Shown in pieces: positions 17,521 to 25,327 of a stretch of 64,000 bases of DNA. Source of the DNA: Patescibacteria group bacterium (lineage in GTDB: Bacteria > Patescibacteriota > Saccharimonadia > UBA4664 > SCTI01); the NCBI GenBank assembly GCA_004297735.1, contig SCTI01000002.1:256160-320159 (forward strand). Direction: 5' to 3'. The notes beneath the pieces were generated by a model. That model did not search any database. It was not told where the DNA came from and was given only the letters and a program-made list of their open reading frames with translations. The translations under genes were made by a program, and so were the position numbers. The stretch's first letter is position 1. Each line of letters starts with the position of its first letter.

Positions 17521-19173
17521 CTAGTACATCCCGCCCATATCAGGTGCTGCCGGTGCGGCCGGCTTGTCTTCTGGAATCTCAACAATGAGGGTTCCCATGG
17601 TCATAGCGGTACCAGCAATCGAGACCGCATTCTGAACCGCCTCACGTGTCACCTTGGCTGGATCAACCACGCCTTCGGCCTTTAGGTCGATTAACTTAGC
17701 TGGATTGTTAACGTCAAAGCCAAGACCAGGCTTGGTATCATCAAGTACCTTGGCCAACTTTTCTTCGGCATTGAGCCCGGCGTTGCTCATCAACTGCTTA
17801 AACGGCTGCTGTAGGGCATTCTTGAGGATCAACCTACCGGCATCGGCCGAACTACCAACTCGGGTGGCTTCAATGTCGATGTCGCGGCTTAGATCAACCA
17901 GGGTCACTCCTCCACCCGGGACAATACCTTCGGCGACGGCCGCCTTGGTGGCAGCAACGGCATCATCAACCCGGTACTTCTTTTCCTCGATCTCGGTCTC
18001 GGTAGCACCACCAACCTTAATGACGGCAACCTTACCGGCCAGAGCCGCCAGGCGCTCTTCCAGCTTTTCTTTATCGAACTCGCTGGTAACATTCTCGAGC
18101 TGGGCCTTGATCTGGTTGATTCGCTCGGTTACCTCACCGGACTTGCCACCGCCTTCGATGATGGTTGAGTCATCCTTGGTGGCAATGATCTTGCGGGCGG
18201 TACCAAGCATATCAATATCGGCATTCTCAAAAGTAATACCCTGCTCGTCACTGATAACGGTAGCACCGGTCAGGATAGCGATATCCTCCATGATCTCTTT
18301 GCGACGATCACCAAAGCTTGGAGCCTTAATGGCAACGGCGTTAAAGACTCCCTTAATGCGGTTAAGGATAAGCGTCGCCAGTGCCTCGCCATCAACGTCT
18401 TCAGCAATGATGACCAACTCTTTCTTGCCGGTCTGAGCCACCTTTTCGAGTAACGGTAAAATGTCCTGGATTGAGCTAATCTTCTTATCGGTCAGCAGAA
18501 TGTATGGCTTGTCGTAAGCCGCCTCCATGCGAGTGGTATCGGTAACCATATAGGGACTGACGTAACCACTGTCGACAGTAAAGCCATCTACGATTTCTTT
18601 TTCCATGCCCAATGCCTGAGACTGCTCAACTGTTACCCTTCCGCTCCCTCCAATCGTAGAAATTACATCCGCAATTAACTCGCCAATTTGAGAATCACCA
18701 GCAGAAATAGTAGCCACCTGGGCTATCTTGGACTTATCGCTAGCAATTTTTTCACTGAGATTGGTAATTCTTCCGGTAATGGTGGTGGCAGCTTCGTCCA
18801 GGCCCTTCTTAAGGTCCATCGGATTATGACCAGCCTCAATCATTCGATTGGCCTCGCTTAAAATGTGGTAGGTCAGCACGGTAGCAGTAGTAGTACCGTC
18901 ACCAACATCATCGCCAGTCTTGCTGGCAGCTTGCTTGACTAGCTCGGCGCCAACGCCACGACCAAGTGTGTCATCGTCCTTTGCCTGCTCAATGTCAACT
19001 GCCTTTGCCACCGTCACCCCATCATGGGTAACCGATGGGCCACCGTAGCTTTTGCCAATAACCACGTTACGACCTTTTGGACCCATAGTGACGCGAACTG
19101 CATTGTAGAGCTCCTCAGCACCTTCTAGTACGCGCTTACGGGCTTCGCCTTCAGCAATAATTCGTTTTGCCAT
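17521..19173 (-). CDS. groEL: Chaperonin GroEL
   Basis: TMGPKGRNV, GDGTTTAT, GIVPGGG, GGM tail. Confidence 0.98.
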   Translation of the reverse strand: MAKRIIAEGEARKRVLEGAEELYNAVRVTMGPKGRNVVIGKSYGGPSVTHDGVTVAKAVDIEQAKDDDTLGRGVGAELVKQAASKTGDDVGDGTTTATVLTYHILSEANRMIEAGHNPMDLKKGLDEAATTITGRITNLSEKIASDKSKIAQVATISAGDSQIGELIADVISTIGGSGRVTVEQSQALGMEKEIVDGFTVDSGYVSPYMVTDTTRMEAAYDKPYILLTDKKISSIQDILPLLEKVAQTGKKELVIIAEDVDGEALATLILNRIKGVFNAVAIKAPSFGDRRKEIMEDIAILTGATVISDEQGITFENADIDMLGTARKIIATKDDSTIIEGGGKSGEVTERINQIKAQLENVTSEFDKEKLEERLAALAGKVAVIKVGGATETEIEEKKYRVDDAVAATKAAVAEGIVPGGGVTLVDLSRDIDIEATRVGSSADAGRLILKNALQQPFKQLMSNAGLNAEEKLAKVLDDTKPGLGFDVNNPAKLIDLKAEGVVDPAKVTREAVQNAVSIAGTAMTMGTLIVEIPEDKPAAPAAPDMGGMY

Positions 19174-19197
19174 TATACTCTCTACTCCTAAAAATAT

Positions 19198-19470
19198 TTA
19201 GTTTGCAACAATTGCCAGAACATCTTCTTCTTTTAGAAGAATGAGTTCTGATTCATCAAAATTTACACTTCTTTTTGAGCTTGAATGATGATCATCATAA
19301 ATAATGCTGTCATCTACCTTAACATTCTTAACTTCCGGCCCTACTGCTATAACCTTTGCCACAACTGGTTCTTGCTGTGATGATGGTGGGATAAAAATAC
19401 CTGATGCAGTTTTCTCGGGAGCTTTAAGCTGCTCAGCAACTATTCTGTTAGAAAGTGGCTTAATTTTCAT
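19198..19470 (-). CDS. groES: Co-chaperonin GroES
   Basis: IKPLSNR, TASGIFIP, AVGP, EEDVLA; upstream of groEL. Confidence 0.95.
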   Translation of the reverse strand: MKIKPLSNRIVAEQLKAPEKTASGIFIPPSSQQEPVVAKVIAVGPEVKNVKVDDSIIYDDHHSSSKRSVNFDESELILLKEEDVLAIVAN

Positions 19471-19492
19471 GAAACTCCTTTAGTTATTTAGA

Positions 19493-19519
19493 TTAGCAAT
19501 CATGCAACTTGAGTGCTAA
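19493..19519. promoter_or_regulatory. CIRCE element (HrcA operator)
   Basis: TTAGCAATC-N9-GAGTGCTAA, one mismatch to consensus, just upstream of groES. Confidence 0.9.
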
Positions 19520-19607
19520 TTTATGATAGCGATAAGCAATAAAAGCTTCAAGCATATCCTTTAACATACTTCTTGGCGGACTCAGTCAAGCGAGTATAAT
19601 ATCCTGC

Positions 19608-20420
19608 ATGAGCAAAGCAATTCTAATGTGCCCACCCACCTATTTTGAGGTGGCCTATGAGATTAATGCTTGGATGCACGTAGGAACTGTAATCGATGTT
19701 GAGCTGGCCAAGCGACAGTGGCAGGCACTCTACGATACTTATCAGGATCTCGGTTATAAGGTTGAGCTAATTGAACCGGTTCGCGGCCTGCCCGACATGG
19801 TGTTTGCTGCCAACGGCGCCCTGGTAATCGAGGGCAAGGTGTTTTCAACTCACTTTGGCGAGCACGCGGCTGAGCGACAGGGCGAAACACCGGCTTATGA
19901 GGCATGGTTTCGGGAGAATGGGTTTACCAATATTTATCAGCCCAAGCACCCCAGCGAAGGCGAGGGCGATATTTTATACGGAGCCGGTTGCGACACCATC
20001 TTTGCCGGATATGGTCAGAGACGATCAAGCAAAACCTCTCATCCCGAACTGGCCGAGTTCTTTGGCAAGGAGGTGGTAAGCATGCACCTGGTGGATCCGT
20101 TCTTTTACCACCTAGATACGGCCATGTCGCCAATAGATAATGACACCGTTATGTACTACCCCGGAGCCTTTACCGAAGAGGGCCGAGCCGAACTTGAGAA
20201 GCGATTCAAGAACAAGATCTACGCCACCAGAGAGGATGCCATGGGCTTTGGGCTGAACACGGTTAGTGATGGCGAGAATGTGGTCCTGAGTGAGGCCGCA
20301 ACCGATTTGATACAGCAACTTAAAGACCGAGGCTACAATCCGATCGGTCGTGATATGACAGAGTTTCGTAAGTCGGGCGGAGCGGTTAAGTGCTGCTCGT
20401 TAGAGCTGCGGTATAAATAA
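19608..20420 (+). CDS. Amidinotransferase/DDAH-like (pentein) enzyme
   Basis: LMCPP.YF...YEIN.WM, PDMVFAAN, EGEGD, YHLDT, KSGGAVKCC. Confidence 0.88.
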   Translation: MSKAILMCPPTYFEVAYEINAWMHVGTVIDVELAKRQWQALYDTYQDLGYKVELIEPVRGLPDMVFAANGALVIEGKVFSTHFGEHAAERQGETPAYEAWFRENGFTNIYQPKHPSEGEGDILYGAGCDTIFAGYGQRRSSKTSHPELAEFFGKEVVSMHLVDPFFYHLDTAMSPIDNDTVMYYPGAFTEEGRAELEKRFKNKIYATREDAMGFGLNTVSDGENVVLSEAATDLIQQLKDRGYNPIGRDMTEFRKSGGAVKCCSLELRYK

Positions 20421-20423
20421 GGG

Positions 20424-21728
20424 TTAGCTCTCTAGAGCCGCCTGAATCGCGGTCTTGGCCTCGCCCACCTCATCCCATAAATGCTCGCCGTCGGCGCGCT
20501 CAATCGTCTTTTCGTGACCCTTGCCTAGTAGCATTACAGTGTCGCCCTTCTTAGCCTGAGCAATGGTGTAATTGATCGCCTCAACCCGATTGTGAATACA
20601 GAACAAGTCCTTATCGCGCACCTTGCCGGAGCTCTCCGCCCCTTCGGCAATCTGCTGCATAATAGCCAGACCATCGGCGTCACGGTCGTCCTCTTCGGTG
20701 ACAACTACTAGATCGGCATACTTTCCGGCGATAGCACCCTGCTTGGCGCGCTTGGTTTCATCGCGGCGGCCAGCAGAACCAAACATGACGATGAGTCGTC
20801 CAGGTGCTACAGTGGCTTTCTTCATATCACTCAGTAGTTTCTCGAACGAGTCGGGGGTGTGAGCGAAGTCGACCACTACCGAAAAGTCCTGACCCTCATC
20901 TATGTAGGTCATTCGCCCCTCAACCGCTTTGAGCGAGGCTATGCCATCTTCAATCTGTTTACTGGTAAGGCCCAGAGCGAAGCCTACACAGATAGCGGCC
21001 AGTGAGTTAGAGACGTTAAATCCACCAGGGATATTTACTTTTATCTTGAGCGTATCGTCGCCACGCTTTACCTGGTAGGTGCTACCGGTGCCGCTGGTTT
21101 TAACCTTGGTGGCGTGAATATCGCCGTAACTCACCCCGTAGCGCATAGGCTTAGGCACCTCACCACTAAACTGGGGTGCTGATGGGTCGTCGGCGTTCAC
21201 CACGCCAACCTGGCGCCCTTTTTTATTGGCGGCGGTCAGACGGAATAGCTTGCGCTTGGCATCCAAGTAGCGATCAAAGGTGCCGTGGTAATCAAGGTGT
21301 TCATGGCCAACATTGGTCATAACGGCCACATCAAAGGGAATTCCCCAGACTCGGTTTTGGGCCAGAGCGTGGCTGGTGACCTCAAGCACCAAATGGTCAA
21401 TGCCATCGGCTCGGAGCTCTTTGATGCGGCGCATCATCGGGAACGCCTGCATGGTGGTCATATGTACCTTGTTGGGAATTTGGCGCTTGGGTGAGCCATA
21501 GCCGATAGTGGTCATATAGCCAACGTTGTAGCCAGAATCCTTAAGTAGGTTCCAGATCATGGTGGTGGTAGTAGTCTTGCCGTCGGTGCCGGTAACGCCA
21601 ATCACCTTGAGGCCTCGAGCCGGGAAGCCATAGCGGACCTGGGCTAAGAAGGTTTCTACCAGATGACCATAGGGCTCAACCTGCTTAAACAGTTTATGAG
21701 GAATAAGGGCTTTGACCAGCTTTCTCAT
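20424..21728 (-). CDS. murE: UDP-MurNAc-tripeptide synthetase
   Basis: GVTGTDGKTT, LEVTSH, EHLDYH, DFAHTPD, GKGHE; start MRKLV at 21728. Confidence 0.9.
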   Translation of the reverse strand: MRKLVKALIPHKLFKQVEPYGHLVETFLAQVRYGFPARGLKVIGVTGTDGKTTTTTMIWNLLKDSGYNVGYMTTIGYGSPKRQIPNKVHMTTMQAFPMMRRIKELRADGIDHLVLEVTSHALAQNRVWGIPFDVAVMTNVGHEHLDYHGTFDRYLDAKRKLFRLTAANKKGRQVGVVNADDPSAPQFSGEVPKPMRYGVSYGDIHATKVKTSGTGSTYQVKRGDDTLKIKVNIPGGFNVSNSLAAICVGFALGLTSKQIEDGIASLKAVEGRMTYIDEGQDFSVVVDFAHTPDSFEKLLSDMKKATVAPGRLIVMFGSAGRRDETKRAKQGAIAGKYADLVVVTEEDDRDADGLAIMQQIAEGAESSGKVRDKDLFCIHNRVEAINYTIAQAKKGDTVMLLGKGHEKTIERADGEHLWDEVGEAKTAIQAALES

Positions 21729-21748
21729 GTGACTATTATGTCTCAAGA

Positions 21749-21757
21749 GGTCCGACC
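21749..21757. repeat. GGTCCGACC palindrome (single copy)
   Basis: GAGGTCCGACCTGGCAAAG in the gap between murE and the first FemABX gene. Confidence 0.7.
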
Positions 21758-21788
21758 TGGCAAAGGGTTTGGGGGCGAGGTTAAGCCC

Positions 21789-22817
21789 CTAATACCACAG
21801 TCGGTGCCGGAAACGATACTCGTATGCCACAACCACGCGCTCGCCAAGCCGGCGGAACCAGGAGTACTTGGACTGGTTCAGTACAATGTCGTAAGTGCCA
21901 ATGTATTCGGTGATCTCTTTGTTAAAGCCGGTTTTAAAACGAGCCAAGCCGGCTAGTGGATGCTTTGGGTCCTCAATCTTGTCGGCCGGGGGCGTGCCGT
22001 GCAGGTCGTATTCAGTGACACCGTGCTGTTTGAGCCACTGCATGACCCCCCACTGCAACGCGTAGGGCGCCTGGACCTCAGAGTGCAACCGCAGCGAGCC
22101 TCCGTCCTTATACAGCGCCTTACGGCCAATATGAGTCACAAAGGCGCCGGCCAAAACCTGACCTTCATATTTTGCAAAAAACAGCTGCCCGGCCCCTCTC
22201 GCAGCGTGAGCCCGGTAAAAATCAACAAAGTACTGCTTATCGCGCAGGTAGACCCCGGCGCGCTCGGTCATGGCCCGGGTCAGCTCATACATAATGTCGA
22301 TGTTTTCCGCGGTGCACTCAACCGCCTCCACCGTGACACCCCTTTTAGCTGCCAACCGAATGTTGTAGCGAGTCTTCTGCTTAAAGCTGGCTAAAATATC
22401 ATCCTCGCCCGGGCGCAAATCAATAATGGCGGTATTGGTGTTGTACTGAATATCACGAGGCGCCTTAACCATGCCAAGGCGCTTGAGTTCCGCTGGCTTA
22501 ATAGCGCCAGTCGCAATCTCTGGATCAACTCGCACCGCAAAAGGACCATTGGCCGGCAGTGCCTTAATAAACTTTTTAAGCTCGGTTGCAGTGCTGACAC
22601 CCGGTCCTTTTGGTACGTACCAAAACCGACCCAGCAGCGGAACCTGACGCTCCAGTACCAGCACCGCTAGCTTATCAGCCATAAAATAGCGCGGCGTCCA
22701 ACCATGCTTACCCTTGGTCTCACCAAAAGCCTTAGACTGCAGTACATTTCCGCCGTCAGGGTTAGCGACAATCAACTCGTCCCAACCAGCCAATTGCTCC
22801 TCGGTTGCCGGCTGCAT
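21789..22817 (-). CDS. FemABX-family peptidoglycan bridge peptidyltransferase
   Basis: LQS..FGE.K, YVPKGP, FKQKTRYNIR, YDLHG, RFKTGF, EYIGTYD. Confidence 0.9.
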   Translation of the reverse strand: MQPATEEQLAGWDELIVANPDGGNVLQSKAFGETKGKHGWTPRYFMADKLAVLVLERQVPLLGRFWYVPKGPGVSTATELKKFIKALPANGPFAVRVDPEIATGAIKPAELKRLGMVKAPRDIQYNTNTAIIDLRPGEDDILASFKQKTRYNIRLAAKRGVTVEAVECTAENIDIMYELTRAMTERAGVYLRDKQYFVDFYRAHAARGAGQLFFAKYEGQVLAGAFVTHIGRKALYKDGGSLRLHSEVQAPYALQWGVMQWLKQHGVTEYDLHGTPPADKIEDPKHPLAGLARFKTGFNKEITEYIGTYDIVLNQSKYSWFRRLGERVVVAYEYRFRHRLWY

Positions 22818-23786
22818 TTACTGACGCCCCCGCAAACGGCGATACACCGTATACAACCGATACTTTTGGGGTTTGAGCGGAATGTCCCAGGTACCGGCGT
22901 ACTCAACCTGAGCCCCACCATAACCCTGCTTGAACCGAGTTATCCCAGCCCAACTATGCTTAGGATCATCGGTTGGTGCTATCCCCCACAGATCAAACTT
23001 AGTCATTCCAGCATCCTTGGCGTCCATCATCGCCTGCCACACCAGCGATACCGATGCCTTAGCCTGACGATTTTTTTCCTGCCAAGCGCCGGCATACAGA
23101 TAAGAGCGAGTCTTACCGCAATCCAAAAAAATAGCGCCGGCTACTGGCTGCCCATCAACACTAGCGACATAAAGCTTAGCTACATCGGCAGGCTGAAGCG
23201 TCGACCACAGGGTTTGAAAGTAGTAGTCATCCTGAAACACGGTGTGCGAGCGACGAGCGGTATCCTTAAGCATCTCAATAAACTTGTTAAGGTTATGGCG
23301 GTCGCTCACCTGGGCGATACTTACACCTCGACGTTCGGTGCCATTAATTAGGTTGCGGTGCCCCGAAGCTAAATCGCCACGCAGCTCATCCAGGCTCTTA
23401 GTTAAATCGACCACTTGAGTATGCGATGGCTGGTTGTCGGCAATATGCCGAGCGCCCTTAGCCTTTAACTCTTTAGCAAAACGATGATCTTGCGGATCTA
23501 GTCGAATAAAATCAACCCCCAACTGGCGACCGGCATCAATTAACGACTTAACTGCGGGCGCAGGATCAGCGCCCTTAGCCAACACCGGTCCGTAACTGCA
23601 AACCAAGTAACGCAATCCGTGACTGGTCCAAACGCTCCCCAGCCACTGGTAGTCATCTTCTTGCTGCCATACCGGCTGGTGACCCAAGGCATCCTGAAAC
23701 TCAGCCCAATGCCTCGACTGCACAATACTGCCCCCATTACGTTCCAGCTGCTCATCCCACGAAAGGGGCGGTATTCCAGTCTTCAT
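22818..23786 (-). CDS. FemABX-family peptidoglycan bridge peptidyltransferase
   Basis: QS..WAEFQ, SYGP, FDLWG, RFKQGYGG, EYAGTWD. Confidence 0.9.
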   Translation of the reverse strand: MKTGIPPLSWDEQLERNGGSIVQSRHWAEFQDALGHQPVWQQEDDYQWLGSVWTSHGLRYLVCSYGPVLAKGADPAPAVKSLIDAGRQLGVDFIRLDPQDHRFAKELKAKGARHIADNQPSHTQVVDLTKSLDELRGDLASGHRNLINGTERRGVSIAQVSDRHNLNKFIEMLKDTARRSHTVFQDDYYFQTLWSTLQPADVAKLYVASVDGQPVAGAIFLDCGKTRSYLYAGAWQEKNRQAKASVSLVWQAMMDAKDAGMTKFDLWGIAPTDDPKHSWAGITRFKQGYGGAQVEYAGTWDIPLKPQKYRLYTVYRRLRGRQ

Positions 23787-23834
23787 ATCGCCTATTGTAC
23801 CGTACTCAGCTCCAATCGGTGTATACTGAGCGGC

Positions 23835-24866
23835 ATGAAGATCTTAGGAATTGAGAGTAGCGCTGACGAAACCGCCGCCGCCGTAGTCCAAGACGGCACC
23901 GAGGTGCTAAGCAGCGTGGTGGCCAGCCAGATAGACATCCACAAAGAGTTTGGCGGCATGGTACCAGAGGTAGCTGCCCGCTCACACCTAGAGGTTATTT
24001 TACCGGTGATCCAAAAGGCGCTTAATGAAGCCCAGGTTGAGCTAAATGATATTGACGGCATTGCGGTAACCTACGGGCCCGGTCTGGTTGGCTCGCTGCT
24101 GATTGGCAGTCTAACCGCCCGTACGCTGGCCGAGCTTACCGGCAAGCCCCTCTATGGCATCAATCACGTTGAGGCACATGTGTATGCTAACTTTCTAACC
24201 GAGCCACTCCCCTCTTTTCCGCTGCTAGCATTGATCGTATCTGGCGGTCACACTCAGCTGGCACTGTTCAGTGATCACGGTAGCTACAAGTTGCTTGGCC
24301 AAACCAGGGATGACGCTGCTGGCGAGGCCTTTGACAAGGTAGCCCGAATCATTGGACTCCCCTACCCTGGAGGCTCTTCGGTTGCCGAGGCGGCAAAGAC
24401 TGGGGATGAGCATGCTTTTGCCTTTCCTAAGCCACAATTAGGTAAAGAGAGTCTTGATTTTAGCTTTAGCGGGCTTAAAACCGCGGTACTACGTACCGCC
24501 CAAGCCGAGGTTGGTGGTGATTTCCGTACTAAATCGTATGAAATTCCGGCTCTACTAAGCCAAAAACAGCGTAATGACATTGCCGCCAGCTTTCAAAAGA
24601 CGGTGGTTGGTATCCTGGTTGGGCGCGTTTTACAAGCATATGAGAAGTACCAGCCGGCTTCGGTAGTTATATCCGGAGGGGTGGCCGCCAACCTATCGCT
24701 CCAAGAGGCGCTCCAGAAACGACTCCCTTCCCCCATACATTACGCGCCAATCAAGTACTACACCGACAACGCCGCCATGATTGCGAGTTTGGGGTATTTT
24801 TACTCGCTTGACCGCAAGCCAATAAGGCCACTAGATTTAACCGTCGACCCTATTCTTTCAATGTAG
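23835..24866 (+). CDS. tsaD: tRNA t6A threonylcarbamoyltransferase
   Basis: MKILGIESSADET, VPEVAARSH, HVEAH, SGGHT, DNAAMI; start at 23835. Confidence 0.96.
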   Translation: MKILGIESSADETAAAVVQDGTEVLSSVVASQIDIHKEFGGMVPEVAARSHLEVILPVIQKALNEAQVELNDIDGIAVTYGPGLVGSLLIGSLTARTLAELTGKPLYGINHVEAHVYANFLTEPLPSFPLLALIVSGGHTQLALFSDHGSYKLLGQTRDDAAGEAFDKVARIIGLPYPGGSSVAEAAKTGDEHAFAFPKPQLGKESLDFSFSGLKTAVLRTAQAEVGGDFRTKSYEIPALLSQKQRNDIAASFQKTVVGILVGRVLQAYEKYQPASVVISGGVAANLSLQEALQKRLPSPIHYAPIKYYTDNAAMIASLGYFYSLDRKPIRPLDLTVDPILSM

Positions 24867-24879
24867 CCAGTGCTAATAT

Positions 24880-25296
24880 TTGCTTATGCTAAAAAAGCTT
24901 TCACTATACTTAATTGCCGGCTTAACAGCACTCTATGTTAGCGGAACTTCTTGGCTTTTATTTCGTACAATATTTGAAGAAATGCTTAAACCATCCGTTC
25001 GTTTTGGTGGGCTTGCAATTATGATTTATCTTGTAATGTGGGTGGCTAGTCTTGGTGTTCTCATTACAGTAGCCGCAATAAGCAAGCTTAATTGGTGGGT
25101 CGTAACTTTAATGGCAGCCATAGCTACCTTGGCCGGGTTGGCATTATCCACATTTATCGCTACAAAAAATGCCACTCTAGCAACCGTAGTAGTTTTTCCA
25201 GTAATCTTGCTAGATAACCTGAGCGGGCAAGTTTTCATTATCATTATGGGACTTATTGCTGTTGCCGCTTCGGTCGCGTTTCGCTCACCCAGGTAA
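24880..25296 (+). CDS. Hypothetical membrane protein (about 4 TM)
   Basis: Hydrophobic, AT-rich ORF between tsaD and valS. Confidence 0.55.
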   Translation: MLMLKKLSLYLIAGLTALYVSGTSWLLFRTIFEEMLKPSVRFGGLAIMIYLVMWVASLGVLITVAAISKLNWWVVTLMAAIATLAGLALSTFIATKNATLATVVVFPVILLDNLSGQVFIIIMGLIAVAASVAFRSPR

Positions 25297-25327
25297 TCTA
25301 CTCCTAATATGCTAAAATAACCTCAAG

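Noticed and set aside
17654-18436. 260-aa plus-strand ORF and similar antisense ORFs (e.g. 14308-14832, 22704-23351)
   Set aside because: Shadow frames of well-supported genes
23619-23834. N-terminal extension of TsaD
   Set aside because: Overlaps the opposite-strand Fem gene; the family begins at MKILGIE
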